Below the pieces are notes generated by a model. The model did not search any database and had not been told where the DNA came from. It was given only the letters and a program-made list of their open reading frames with translations. From Myxococcota bacterium (GTDB lineage: Bacteria; Myxococcota_A; Polyangia; Nannocystales; Nannocystaceae): a DNA stretch of 64,000 nucleotides. How positions within the stretch are numbered: position 1 is the stretch's first letter; each line of letters starts with the position of its first letter. Shown in pieces: positions 47,233-60,097 of this stretch. A program made the position numbers and the translations under genes. The DNA is taken from NCBI GenBank assembly GCA_039028615.1, contig JBCCHT010000006.1:240985-304984 (forward strand). Reading direction: 5' to 3'.

Positions 47233-48351
47233 ATGTACATCGAGCCCTTTGCCGTCGAACTATGGATGAACGAGTGGGAGACCAAGTGCGACTGGAATCT
47301 CGCCGAGACCTGCGTGCATAGCCTGACCGTCGCCGAGCTGCTCGAGCTGTGCGGCAAGGACCGCGACGCCCTCTCCGAGTTGCTGGGCATGCAGCTCACC
47401 TATGGCGCCATCGAGGGCTCCACCCCGCTACGCCAGGCCATTGCTGCGCTGTACGAGCGCCAGGCGGTGGACAACACCATCGTCACCCACGGGACGATCG
47501 GCGCCAACATGTTGGTGCACAAGACCCTGGTGAGCCGCGGAGACCGAGTCATCTCCGTCGTGCCCACCTACCAGCAGCACTACTCGATCCCCGCCAGCAT
47601 CGGCGCGGAGGTCGTGCCGCTGTGGCTCCGCGAGAACAACGGTTTTTTGCCCGACCTCGACGAGCTGCGCGGGCTCACGGAGTCCGGGGTGCGGCTCATC
47701 GCGATCAACAACCCCAACAACCCCACCGGCTCGCTGATGGATCGGCAGATGCTGCTCGACATCGCCGAGATCGCCCGGGCTCACGGCGCGTGGCTGCTCT
47801 GCGACGAGGTCTATCGGGGGACCGACCAGGTCGGTGACGGCACGTCGCCGTCCATCGCCGATCTGTACGAACAGGGGATCAGCACCGCCAGCATGTCCAA
47901 GGCGTTCTCGCTCGCCGGGCTGCGCTTGGGCTGGGTGGCCGGGCCGAAGTCGCTCATCGAGAACATCATCATCCACCGCGACTACGACACGATCTCGGTG
48001 GGGATGATCGACGACCACCTCGCCACCATGGCCCTGGAGAACGCCGATCGGATTCTCGGGCGCAGCCAGGCGATTACGCGACGCAACGTGGCGATCCTGT
48101 CCGACTGGGTCGACGCCGAACCGGGCATCAGCTGGCACGAGCCGCGCTCGGGGACGACGGCCCTGCTGAAGTACGAGCGAGACATCCCCTCCCGCGACTT
48201 GTGCATCGCGCTGTTGAAGGAGACGGGGGTGATGCTGACGCCCGGGTCGGCCTTGAAGATGGAGGGGTACCTGCGGATCGGGTACGCGAACGCGACCGAG
48301 ATCCTGCGAGAGGGGCTGACGCGGATGTCCGCGTTCCTCCGCGAAGGGTGA
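47233..48351 (+). CDS. PLP-dependent aminotransferase class I/II
   Basis: NNPNNPTG, CDEVY and SMSKAFSLAGLRLGW. Confidence 0.92.
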   Translation: MYIEPFAVELWMNEWETKCDWNLAETCVHSLTVAELLELCGKDRDALSELLGMQLTYGAIEGSTPLRQAIAALYERQAVDNTIVTHGTIGANMLVHKTLVSRGDRVISVVPTYQQHYSIPASIGAEVVPLWLRENNGFLPDLDELRGLTESGVRLIAINNPNNPTGSLMDRQMLLDIAEIARAHGAWLLCDEVYRGTDQVGDGTSPSIADLYEQGISTASMSKAFSLAGLRLGWVAGPKSLIENIIIHRDYDTISVGMIDDHLATMALENADRILGRSQAITRRNVAILSDWVDAEPGISWHEPRSGTTALLKYERDIPSRDLCIALLKETGVMLTPGSALKMEGYLRIGYANATEILREGLTRMSAFLREG

Positions 48352-48366
48352 GAGCACGCGGCCCGA

Positions 48367-50628
48367 CTAGCGGCGCCGCTTGTTCGCGTTCGGGTTGGGC
48401 GGGCGCGGTGCCCCCGACAGATACTGCGGCGCCCACTCGACGCCGTAGTACCCCTGTTCGGCCGCGGCGTGCAGCGTCAGATACGGGTCGGCCAGGTGCG
48501 GTCGGGCGAGGGCACACAAATCCGCGCGCCCCGAGGCCAGGACCGTATTGATGTGGTCCCACCCCGCGATGGCCCCGACCGCGATCGTCGGGATCCCGGC
48601 TTCATGCCGAATGCGGTCGGAGAACGGGGTCTGATACATCCGGCCGTAGCGGGGCTTCTGCTCGGGCACGGTCTGCCCGCTCGAGACGTCGATGATGTCG
48701 GCGCCGTGCTCCTTCAGCGCCCGCGCGATCGCGACCGCATCGTCGGCCTCGATGCCTCCCGGCGTCCAGTCGACGGCGGAGATCCGCACGGAGATGGGCT
48801 TGTCGTCGGGCCAGGCTTCGCGCACGGCGTCGAAGACCTCCAGGGGGAAGCGCATTCGATTCTCGAGGCTCCCGCCGTACTCGTCTTCGCGGCGATTGGT
48901 CAGCGGCGAGATGAAGGTGGCCAGCAGATAGCCGTGGGCCATGTGGACCTCGACCATGTCGAAACCAGCGGCCTCGGCCCGACGCGTGGCGTCGACGTAC
49001 GCGGCCTTGACCTCGTCCATGTCGGCCCGGGTCATGGGGCGGGGGCTCTGGCTGATGCCCTCGTGCAGCGGCACGGCCGACGGCGCGATGAGCTCCCAGT
49101 TCCCCTCGGGCAGCGGCTTGTCGTAATCCTCCCACAGCACGCCCGTGGAGCCCTTGCGCCCGGCGTGGCCGAGCTGGACGGCGATCTTGGCCTTGGAGTG
49201 GCGATGCACGAAGTCGGTGACCCGGCGCCACCCCTCGACGTGCCGATCATCATAGAGACCGGCGCACCCTGGGCTGATGCGTCCGTCGGTGGTCACATTG
49301 GTCATCTCGGTGATGACGAGCCCGGCTCCGCCCACGGCCCGGCTTCCCAGGTGCACGAGGTGCCAATCGTCGGGCATGCCGTCCTCGGCCGAGTACATGC
49401 ACATGGGAGACACCACGACGCGGTTCTCCAGGCGCATGCCCCGTAGCTCGAAGGGGGTGAACATGGGCGGCGGGGGCGGGTCTTGCTTGGCGCAGCCGTT
49501 GGCGTCGGCGAACCAACGGTCGACCTTGGCGATGAAGGCCTCGTCGCGGAGCTTCAGGTTGTCGTGGGTGACCCGCTTGCTGCGGGACATCAGGCTCATG
49601 GTCAGCTGCGGCAGCGGATCGTCCGCGTAGCGCTTCATCTCCTCGAACCACCACTGGCTGGTCTCCGCCGTCTTCTGCAGCTTGGCCGCGTCGACCCAGC
49701 GCACCTCTTCGTAGGCCCGCAGCGCGGTGCGAACGTCCTCGTGCTCTTGCAGGGACTTGACCAGGGTGATGGCGTCTTCCATGGCCATCTTGGTGCCCGA
49801 GCCGATGGAGAAGTGCGCGGTGTGGGCCGCGTCGCCGATCAGCACGACGTTGTCGTGGAACCAGGTCTCGTTGCGGACCCGACGGAAGTTGATCCACGAA
49901 GACTTGTTGGTGAGCAGGCGGTGCCCCTCGAGCTCCTCGGCGAAGATGCGCTCGCAGTAGGCCACGCCCTCGTCCACGCTCATCTTGTCGAGCCCGGCCG
50001 CCTTCCACGACTCTTCGTCGGTCTCGACGATGAAGGTGCTGGTGGTGTCGTTGAAGGGATAGGCGTGGACCTGGAAGAACCCGTGCTCGTTGCTGCACAG
50101 GAAGAACTTGAAGGCGTCGAAGACCTTGGTCGTCCCCAGCCAGATGAACTTGGCCGCGCCGACGCGGATGTCGGGCTTGAAGTGGTCGGCGAGCTGGGTG
50201 CGGGTGCGGCTGTTGATGCCGTCCGCGGCGACGACGAGATCGGAGTCGGCAAAGGCGTCGACGCCCTCGACCTCGGTGGAGAAGTTGAGCTTCACGCCCA
50301 GCTCGGCGCAGCGCCCTTGGAGGATCTGCAGAAGGCGTCGCCGGGCGAAGCCGGAGAACCCGTGGCCGCCCGAGCGCATCATCTCGCCGCGGTAGTGCAC
50401 GTCCACCGCGTCCCAGTGCACGAACTCCTTGGTGATCCGCTCGTGGGTGACGTCGTCGGCGTCGAGGAAGTGCGAGAGCGTCTCGTCGGAGAACACGACG
50501 CCCCAACCAAAGGTGTCGTCGGCTCGGTTGCGCTCGTGGACCTCGATCTCCCAGTCGGGTCGGGCCCTCTTCATGAGCAGGCTGAAGTACAGGCCCCCTG
50601 GGCCGCCGCCGATGACCGAGATCTTCAT
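48367..50628 (-). CDS. Bifunctional salicylyl-CoA 5-hydroxylase / anthraniloyl-CoA monooxygenase-oxidoreductase
   Basis: [19 protein letters not shown] and [16 protein letters not shown] fused to an Old Yellow Enzyme domain ([20 protein letters not shown]). Confidence 0.92.
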   Translation of the reverse strand: MKISVIGGGPGGLYFSLLMKRARPDWEIEVHERNRADDTFGWGVVFSDETLSHFLDADDVTHERITKEFVHWDAVDVHYRGEMMRSGGHGFSGFARRRLLQILQGRCAELGVKLNFSTEVEGVDAFADSDLVVAADGINSRTRTQLADHFKPDIRVGAAKFIWLGTTKVFDAFKFFLCSNEHGFFQVHAYPFNDTTSTFIVETDEESWKAAGLDKMSVDEGVAYCERIFAEELEGHRLLTNKSSWINFRRVRNETWFHDNVVLIGDAAHTAHFSIGSGTKMAMEDAITLVKSLQEHEDVRTALRAYEEVRWVDAAKLQKTAETSQWWFEEMKRYADDPLPQLTMSLMSRSKRVTHDNLKLRDEAFIAKVDRWFADANGCAKQDPPPPPMFTPFELRGMRLENRVVVSPMCMYSAEDGMPDDWHLVHLGSRAVGGAGLVITEMTNVTTDGRISPGCAGLYDDRHVEGWRRVTDFVHRHSKAKIAVQLGHAGRKGSTGVLWEDYDKPLPEGNWELIAPSAVPLHEGISQSPRPMTRADMDEVKAAYVDATRRAEAAGFDMVEVHMAHGYLLATFISPLTNRREDEYGGSLENRMRFPLEVFDAVREAWPDDKPISVRISAVDWTPGGIEADDAVAIARALKEHGADIIDVSSGQTVPEQKPRYGRMYQTPFSDRIRHEAGIPTIAVGAIAGWDHINTVLASGRADLCALARPHLADPYLTLHAAAEQGYYGVEWAPQYLSGAPRPPNPNANKRRR

Positions 50629-50775
50629 ATCGACTCCCTCGTGTCGGAGCGCTCGCCGAGACGACCGTCCGCAGCGTGATGGTAGACGGGGCCTGGTGAG
50701 GCAAAAACGGCGCCCCCTCACGCGGGCGCGACAACTCCGGTGAGAAGCTTCACGGTGAGGGTATGCTCCCGGCGC

Positions 50776-53523
50776 ATGACCGGAGCTCGTGATCGCTGGT
50801 TACTGGGCGCGTTCGTACTGTCGGGCGCCGCGGGGCTGGGCTACGAGATCCTCTGGACACGGCTGCTGACCTTGGGCCTGGGCAGCGAGACCCTCGGGGT
50901 GCTCGGAGCGCTGGCGGGGTTCTTCGGCGGCATGGCCCTCGGCGCGGCCGCCCTGCACAACCGCGCTCGTACCTCGGCCGATCCCGTTCGGATGTTCGCC
51001 CGCTTGGAGCTTGCGGCGGCCGGCTTCGCCGTGCTGAGCCCCTGGTGGTTGCACGCGGTGGCCAGCGCCCTGCCGGCGATGATCGGGCCGCAAGCGAGCG
51101 CGCAGGGCAGCACGACCATCGGCGTGTCGATCGCAATCGCGGCCGCCGTGCTGCTGCCGGGCACGTTCTGCCTGGGCGCCACCCTCCCCGCGCTGGTGGA
51201 AGCCCGACGTCGCGCGTGCCCCGACGACCCGGACGGCCGCGGGCTCGGTCGCCTCTATGCCGCCAACACCGTGGGCGCCACCTTCGGCGTGCTGCTCACG
51301 GTGCACGTGCTGCTTCCCCTCGGCGGAGTCATCGGCGGCGCGATCATCTTGGCGGGTCTCGGCGCGGGTGCGGCCGCCATCGCGACCCGGTGGGGCAGGC
51401 AGACATCACTGCCTACTGCGCCGATCGAGACCGGCGACGACGACAGCGGACCCAAGGTCGACGCCAGCAAGGATCCCGACCCCGACGTGGCGAAGGAGCC
51501 GTGGATCCTCCTCGCGCTGCTGGCGGGGACCGGGCTGGCCGGCGTCGGGCTCGAGGTCGTCGCGGTCCAAGTGCTGTCGCAGGTCCTCGAGAACACGATC
51601 TTCACGTTCGCCCACGTGCTCGCGGTCTACCTGCTGGGTACCGCGCTGGGAGCGGCGCTGTACGTCCGCTATGCCGCGGCCGCAGTCGCGGGCCGACCTG
51701 CCACCATCACCGCCGCCCTCGTCATCGCGCACGCCTTGGCCGTGACCTGGGCCGCCTTCGCGCTGTCCAACGGCTACGACTGGCTCACCGGGATCGCGGG
51801 CAAGGACGCGAGCTTCGAGGCCGAGATGCTGGCCGAGGCCATCGTCGCGACCTTGGTGCTCGGGCCCGCCACCCTGCTGATGGGCGCCACCTTCTCGCAC
51901 GTGGCCAGCCTGCTCGCGCCGCGGGGCATCGGCCACGCCTACGCCCTCAACACGCTCGGTGGGGCCATCGCGCCGTTCGTGTACGGGCTGTGGGCGATCG
52001 AGACACTGGGGTATCGCGACGCCCTGTTCGCGGTCGCGTACACCTACCTGCTGCTCTTCGGTGCGTTCTCCTGGTTCCGGCGCTTCCCGCCGCTCCCCAC
52101 CATCGTCGGCATCGTGGCCGCCGTCGCCCTGACCTCGGCCACGCAGCCCCAGCTGATCCTCGTGCCCGAAGACGAGGACTGGGAGGTGCTCGAGACCCGC
52201 GAGACGCTGCTGGGCGCGGTGGTGGTGAGCGAGTACCGACCGGGCGGCGAGCAGCAAAAAGGCATGCCGCTGCGGCGCCTGCAGGTCGGCGAGGAGTTCC
52301 GCATGGGCGGCGCCCTGGCCTTCGGCGAGCGGCGTATGGGTCAGATCCCGCTGCTGCTCCACCCCGAGCCCAAGCGGGCGCTCTTTTTGGGCGTGGGCAC
52401 CGGGGCCACGCTGGGCGCGGTGCGTGACCACGCCTCGCTCGAGCATGTCGATGCGGTCGAGCTGGTCCCCGCCGTGATCGACCAGCTGCACTACTTCAGC
52501 GACATCAACGGCGACATCACCAACGACGAGCGCGTGCAGCTGCATCCCGCCGATGCGCGGCGCTTCGCCGCGGCCAGCCCTCAGACCTACGACGTCGTCG
52601 TCGCCGACCTGTTCCATCCGGGTCGCGATGGTGCGGGCAACCTCTACGCCCTGGAGCACTTCGTCAATGTCCGCGAGCACCTCGCCGAGGGCGGGCTCTT
52701 CGCTCAGTGGCTGCCGCTATACCAGCTCGATCCGCAGTCCCTGCGCCTGCTGCTGCGAACCTTCGGAGAGGCTTTCGGTGAAGTGCACGTGCTGCTGGGC
52801 ATCTACAACGTGCAGACCCCGGCCATCGTGCTCGTGGGACGACGGTCCGCCGACGGCCCCCTCGGCGTCGAGCTGGAATCGCTGGTGCAGCGCCTCGCCG
52901 CCCCCATCTATCGCGAGCTACTGATGGACCCCCGCGACATGCTCGGCGCCTACCTCATGGATCGCGAGGCGATGCTGGCCTTCGCGGGCCCCGGAGACAT
53001 CAGCTCCGACCTCATGCCGCGACTGACGGTGCAGGCCCCTCGCAGCGCGTACGAGGAGAGCAAGACCCGCGGCCGCGACAACCTGATGGAGCTGATGGCC
53101 GCCCGTAGTCCGATACCCGAGGGCTTCGTGCAGGCGAGCACCCCCGAGCGCGACGAGGCCTTTGCCGCCCAGCGCACCCAGTTCGCCGATGCCCTGGCCC
53201 ACTACCTCGGCGGCGAGTCGGCACGATTGGACACCGAAGGCAGCGTCCCCGGGCTGGTCGCCGCGCTGCCTTGGTACACCGATGCCTACAAGGCCGCGCC
53301 ACAGTTCCGGCCCGCCCGCGGCATGCTGCTGCAGGCCGCGAGATCCGGCAACGACCTCGCGGAAGAGATTTTTCCGATGATGCTCGAGCAGACGCCCAAG
53401 GAGCGCATGGTGTGGCAGGGCTACCTCGCGTATCTGCAACGCATCGGTGACACGGAGCGCTACGCCGCCGCGGTACAGCAAGCCACTGAAGCGCTCGATC
53501 TGCCCGCGGCCGCCCACCCCTAG
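50776..53523 (+). CDS. Fused membrane domain / spermidine synthase-like protein
   Basis: Duplicated TM block ([12 protein letters not shown] and [19 protein letters not shown] and AYALNTLG); [29 protein letters not shown] and QWLPLYQ. Confidence 0.88.
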   Translation: MTGARDRWLLGAFVLSGAAGLGYEILWTRLLTLGLGSETLGVLGALAGFFGGMALGAAALHNRARTSADPVRMFARLELAAAGFAVLSPWWLHAVASALPAMIGPQASAQGSTTIGVSIAIAAAVLLPGTFCLGATLPALVEARRRACPDDPDGRGLGRLYAANTVGATFGVLLTVHVLLPLGGVIGGAIILAGLGAGAAAIATRWGRQTSLPTAPIETGDDDSGPKVDASKDPDPDVAKEPWILLALLAGTGLAGVGLEVVAVQVLSQVLENTIFTFAHVLAVYLLGTALGAALYVRYAAAAVAGRPATITAALVIAHALAVTWAAFALSNGYDWLTGIAGKDASFEAEMLAEAIVATLVLGPATLLMGATFSHVASLLAPRGIGHAYALNTLGGAIAPFVYGLWAIETLGYRDALFAVAYTYLLLFGAFSWFRRFPPLPTIVGIVAAVALTSATQPQLILVPEDEDWEVLETRETLLGAVVVSEYRPGGEQQKGMPLRRLQVGEEFRMGGALAFGERRMGQIPLLLHPEPKRALFLGVGTGATLGAVRDHASLEHVDAVELVPAVIDQLHYFSDINGDITNDERVQLHPADARRFAAASPQTYDVVVADLFHPGRDGAGNLYALEHFVNVREHLAEGGLFAQWLPLYQLDPQSLRLLLRTFGEAFGEVHVLLGIYNVQTPAIVLVGRRSADGPLGVELESLVQRLAAPIYRELLMDPRDMLGAYLMDREAMLAFAGPGDISSDLMPRLTVQAPRSAYEESKTRGRDNLMELMAARSPIPEGFVQASTPERDEAFAAQRTQFADALAHYLGGESARLDTEGSVPGLVAALPWYTDAYKAAPQFRPARGMLLQAARSGNDLAEEIFPMMLEQTPKERMVWQGYLAYLQRIGDTERYAAAVQQATEALDLPAAAHP

Positions 53524-53890
53524 TCGCGCTTGGCCATGGCTGGGACTTCGCCCGGCGAGACTCGCATGCAGAGGCGACCTGGCCCGTGCCGATCTCCGCC
53601 CCACGTGCCGCGGGCCAATGAGAGAGTTGCACCCCTGGACTCGGGATGACGCTGACCTCGGTGGCGTCGACATCGCTCGGTGCCCAGCCAGCGGCCTCCC
53701 CTCCCGCCAAATCTCTCTCGATCGGACGCCCACGGGGGCTCCTGCGACGAGCCGGCCGTCGTGTCCGGGCCAAGAGGCCGCATGGTCGCCCGGACACGAC
53801 CCGTCCCGCATGCGGCCCCATTGCCGCCCTCCCCGGGGAATGCGCTCGCGCAGAGCCTGTTAGCCTGCGCGGAACAAGGAGAACACGTCG

Positions 53891-56223
<2,333 letters not shown>

Positions 56224-56236
56224 AGGAGGCCCGGCT

Positions 56237-56259
56237 GAGCCCCCTTTTTCGGGGGGCTC
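56237..56259. terminator. Hairpin between convergent genes, probable terminator
   Basis: GAGCCCCCT-TTTTC-GGGGGGCTC; no clear U tract. Confidence 0.5.
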
Positions 56260-56268
56260 GGCCCACCG

Positions 56269-57276
56269 CTACGGCGGGATATACCCAGCACACGCTGCGG
56301 CGACGCCGGGGACCACCCCGAGCAGGAAGCTGGCGTACTCCTGCTCGCACACGTCCCCGACCGCGCCTTGCGGGAAGGCCCAGGTGAAGTCGATGAGCCG
56401 CGGCGAGTGCTGAGCTCCGGTCACGCCGTCCCAGGGCCCGACGCACGCGTTGGGCTCTTCGATGCCGACCAGCGAGTAGACGACGATGTCGTTGAGCCAG
56501 CCGCCCTTCTTGTCGGCCAGGGTCGTGACCCACGTGGCCGGGTCGCCCATCGAGCCCCACGAGGTGTCGGCTTCGACGTCGTCTTCCTCGTTGGTCACGA
56601 TGACCACCACGAGCAAGGCGTCCTCGCGCAGGAAGCCGTTGTGGAAGCCGTCGGGCGCGAGGTTGTCGTCGTCGAGCGCGGTGAGCAGCATGTCCATGGG
56701 CCGCTCGTTGGGCGAGCCGCCGATCCCCACCGACAGCGCGCACTCGAGCTCCGTGGACAACGCCATGCTCGAAGAGATCATCCAGTTGAGCCCCCCCTCG
56801 TAAGGACCGCAGGGCTCGGCGTTGGCCTGCACCATCTGGTCCTCGTCGGTGGTGATGACCCCGATGTTGATGTTCTCGGTGAGCGTGGGGATGGTGCTCT
56901 GAATCTGCTGGATGAATGCGAGCGCGGTGCCGCGGAGCCGAATCTGCTCCTCGAGCATCGGCTCGGAGTTGTCGACGACGAACAGCACGTCGACGCCCGT
57001 GCACGGCACGGCGGGGGGCAGGTCGTCGGAGGTCGAGCTGTCGGCGTCGCCTCCCGTGTCGGTCCCGCTGCCGCTGGTGGTGACGGCCCCGGTCGGGTCG
57101 GTCGTGCCCCCGCCGCTGGAATCGGCCGTGCCCGACGAGGCGCCAGGGCTGCCGGGGCCGTTGGACTCGGTCGAGAAGTCGAAGCCGTCGTCGCCCCCGT
57201 CCGGGCTGCAGCCGAGCAGGAGCAGCGCTCCGAGCAACCCTCGCCCCACGATCCTCCCGCCTTCGATCCCCGTCAT
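56269..57276 (-). CDS. vWA-like myxobacterial lipoprotein
   Basis: LLLGC lipobox, S/T/G/D linker, DVLFVVDNSEPM, IGVITTD and FLREDALLVVVIVTNEED. Confidence 0.82.
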   Translation of the reverse strand: MTGIEGGRIVGRGLLGALLLLGCSPDGGDDGFDFSTESNGPGSPGASSGTADSSGGGTTDPTGAVTTSGSGTDTGGDADSSTSDDLPPAVPCTGVDVLFVVDNSEPMLEEQIRLRGTALAFIQQIQSTIPTLTENINIGVITTDEDQMVQANAEPCGPYEGGLNWMISSSMALSTELECALSVGIGGSPNERPMDMLLTALDDDNLAPDGFHNGFLREDALLVVVIVTNEEDDVEADTSWGSMGDPATWVTTLADKKGGWLNDIVVYSLVGIEEPNACVGPWDGVTGAQHSPRLIDFTWAFPQGAVGDVCEQEYASFLLGVVPGVAAACAGYIPP

Positions 57277-57304
57277 CGAGGCCCGAGCGTACCAGCTGGG
57301 TGCG

Positions 57305-58639
57305 CTAGTCGTCGGGCGCACCGTAGGAGATCCAAAGGCGGATGATGTCTTGCTCTTCTTCGCTCAGCGGGTTGGCCCCCAGCGGCATCCGCATGCCCGA
57401 GAAGCCATCGCTGGTCAGCTTGGTCATGAGGTAGCTGTTGGTGGGATTGCCCGCGGTCACCAGCGGAATCTCGGGATTCTGGGTGGACTGCTTGAACAGG
57501 TTGTCTCGCGCAAATCCCGCGGTGAGGTCGAGATCGGCAGCGGGGGCCAGCTCGCCGTGGCAGCCCGCGGTGGCACAGCGCGCGCTGAGGATGGGCTGCA
57601 CGTGACCGGAAAAGGTCGCGCCGCTGTCGGGGTCGGGCTCGCCGAACTCGGCCGCGTACGCGCACCCCTCGTAGTCGATGACCGCGTAGGGGCTGTCGCC
57701 GTCGGGCTCGTCGGTGCCTTCGATCCAGCAGGCGATGGCGACGACCTCGGCCGCGGACAGGGGCTGGTTGGCCAGCGGCATGGGGCTGCCGGGCACGTTG
57801 CCCTGCAGCCGCTGCAGCAAGTACGAGCCCCAGGGGTCGCCCGGCTTGATCTCGAAGAAGTGATCGTCGGTCTCCGCCCCGAGCACGCCGTCTTGGTTGG
57901 GGTCGCCCCCGACGATGTCGTCCTCGAGCAGCGTGTGCACGTTGTCGCCGAGCATGTCGAAGCCGACGACCTGGACCGCGTTGACGCCCGCGGCGTAGGT
58001 GACCGCGTTCTCGACGATGCCCACGGTGAGCATGCCGGCGTCGGTGGTGCGCAGGACCTCGAAGCTCTCCGGGGTCATCACGTCGAGCATGGCCGCGGGG
58101 ATGGGGTCGGCGAGATACAGGACGGCCGAGCTCACCACGCCCATGGCGTCGGTGGGGAACTCGACGTGTCCGACCTTCGTCTCCCAGCCGAGGTTGCCGC
58201 CCGTGGTGAAGCGCAGGACGTCGGCCTCGGGCTCACAGCCGCCGTAGGTGTTCAGCGGATCTTCGACGTCGAAGTTGCAGGGCCGCCCCAACGCGGTGAG
58301 CATCGACTGCGGGGTGCGCAGGTCGGGATACTCCTTGTTGTTGTGGCAGACGTTGGCGAAGGGCGTGCACGTGCGGGTGATGACCTTCTCGTGCAGGTCG
58401 AGATAGGTCGGGAACTCGCGCTTGGCCTCTTCGACGAAGGGCGTGCCGTCGTCGGGCGCATCGACGGGCTCGCCTTCGGTCTCGGCCTCGCCCGTGGCCC
58501 CGTCGGTGGCACCCTCGGTATCCCCGTCGTCGCCCACGGCTCCGCCATCGCCGAAGCTCCCTCCACCCCCCTCGCCGACGGTGCAGGCGGCCAAGGGAGC
58601 GATGCAAGCGAGGACGGCGAGGTGGGACAAACGAAGCAC
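57305..58639 (-). CDS. Lipoprotein with two planctomycete-type cytochrome c-like domains
   Basis: LAAC lipobox; CTPFANVCH...PGDPWGSYL...MP...WIEG and CATAGCH...AGNPTNSYL...MP...WISYGA. Confidence 0.78.
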   Translation of the reverse strand: MLRLSHLAVLACIAPLAACTVGEGGGGSFGDGGAVGDDGDTEGATDGATGEAETEGEPVDAPDDGTPFVEEAKREFPTYLDLHEKVITRTCTPFANVCHNNKEYPDLRTPQSMLTALGRPCNFDVEDPLNTYGGCEPEADVLRFTTGGNLGWETKVGHVEFPTDAMGVVSSAVLYLADPIPAAMLDVMTPESFEVLRTTDAGMLTVGIVENAVTYAAGVNAVQVVGFDMLGDNVHTLLEDDIVGGDPNQDGVLGAETDDHFFEIKPGDPWGSYLLQRLQGNVPGSPMPLANQPLSAAEVVAIACWIEGTDEPDGDSPYAVIDYEGCAYAAEFGEPDPDSGATFSGHVQPILSARCATAGCHGELAPAADLDLTAGFARDNLFKQSTQNPEIPLVTAGNPTNSYLMTKLTSDGFSGMRMPLGANPLSEEEQDIIRLWISYGAPDD

Positions 58640-58678
58640 GGGTTCAGACTCCTTCGATGAGCACGAGCGGGGGGCAGC

Positions 58679-60064
58679 TCAGAATATCGCGTTCAGGGGC
58701 GTGACGCTGGGCCAGACTTCTTCGGTGGGCACACCGAGCACGGCCAGGGCCATCGCCAGCTTCTCCACCGTGCCGAAGATGGGCTCGCCCTTCATCGGCT
58801 CCATGGTGTTGGGGTCGGTGAGGCCGAACATGCGACCGCCCTGCTCCGCGACGAGGCCACCGCTGAAGGGCAGCGCCTGATAGCGCGAGCCCGGGCCGCC
58901 GGTGTGGTCGGAGCCACCACCCGAGTTGAAGCCGCCCGACATCAGGTTGTCGCGACCGAACTCGCTGGTGACCATGATGAGGGTGTGATCCCAGTAGGTG
59001 CCGCCCTCGGGGTGGGTCATGCGCTTGAGCGCGAAGTTCAGGCCCGCGAACATCCGGGCGATGCCGTTGGCGCTGGCCGAGTAGGCCGCGGTCTCGGCGG
59101 AGTGGGTGTCCCAGCCGTTGTCGCCCACCATCACCGCGGCGGAGCCGTGCTGGATGAAGCGCAGGGCCAGGGCCATGTTGCGACCGAGCATCTCGGTGCC
59201 GAAGATGGCCGCGAGCTCGGCGTTGGTGAGCTGCTCGCCCGCGGTGGGCTCGGTGGCCACCCGCAGCGAGGGGTCGAGGAAGACCTGGCGGAAGGCCTCG
59301 ACGTTCTGCTTGCCGTTGCTCATGCGCTGGATGAGCTGGCGGTCCCGGGCGCTGCGGCGCGCGGAGGTCGTGCCGTCGAGCCCGGCCTCGAAGGCGCGCG
59401 CCCACTCGGGCTGGCCGCCGCCGTCGTCACCGCTCTGCTCGGCGAACTCGGAGAAGGACGGCACCATCACCGGAGTGATCGAGCCCGACGGGATGCCGAA
59501 GGGCGTGGTCGCGTTGCCAGTGCCGATGACCACGGGCGGGAAGACGAGCCCCGCCGTGCCCTGGTTGTAGTTGTCGTGCAGCTCGTAGATGCGGCTGACC
59601 CAGCTCTCGCGGCCCTCTTCGTAGCCGCTGGAGATGATGTTGCGGGCGGTGCCGTGGGCACCGACGCCGGCCGCCGCTCCCGGGGTGTGGTCGACCGTGC
59701 CCAGCACGCAGATCTCGTTGCTGATCATCGGCAGCGAGGGCATGGCCACGCCGAACAGCGCCTGCGTGTCGGTGTAGGGCGCCGCGTCGAAGACGCCGCC
59801 CACGCCCCACTCGGTGCCGGGCGCTCCGACCTGGGTCCCGTAGGGATTCCAGCGCGGGTCCACGGCGCCGTTGAACATGGGGACCGAGCGCGCGCCACCG
59901 TCGAGGTTGATGACGATGAGGTGGTTGTGCCGGCTGGCGGGGATTCCCAGTCCCGCCTTGCTGATCCGAGGAGTCCAGACCCAGGGGGCCACGGCTCCGG
60001 TGGCAGCGGCACCGAGGCCCAGCTTGAGGAAGCCGCGGCGGTTTTGCTTGGTGATGGTCGACAT
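58679..60064 (-). CDS. DUF1501 family Tat-exported protein
   Basis: NRRGFLK, INLDGG, GWDTH, TLIMVTSEFGR and GSDH. Confidence 0.85.
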   Translation of the reverse strand: MSTITKQNRRGFLKLGLGAAATGAVAPWVWTPRISKAGLGIPASRHNHLIVINLDGGARSVPMFNGAVDPRWNPYGTQVGAPGTEWGVGGVFDAAPYTDTQALFGVAMPSLPMISNEICVLGTVDHTPGAAAGVGAHGTARNIISSGYEEGRESWVSRIYELHDNYNQGTAGLVFPPVVIGTGNATTPFGIPSGSITPVMVPSFSEFAEQSGDDGGGQPEWARAFEAGLDGTTSARRSARDRQLIQRMSNGKQNVEAFRQVFLDPSLRVATEPTAGEQLTNAELAAIFGTEMLGRNMALALRFIQHGSAAVMVGDNGWDTHSAETAAYSASANGIARMFAGLNFALKRMTHPEGGTYWDHTLIMVTSEFGRDNLMSGGFNSGGGSDHTGGPGSRYQALPFSGGLVAEQGGRMFGLTDPNTMEPMKGEPIFGTVEKLAMALAVLGVPTEEVWPSVTPLNAIF

Positions 60065-60097
60065 GGTCTTCGCCTTTCCCTTTCGTCCGCGTGTTTC

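Noticed and set aside
53537..53690. Possible structured RNA closed by TGGCTGGG/CCCAGCCA
   Set aside because: Only 5-8 bp stems, expected by chance at this GC; no family motif.
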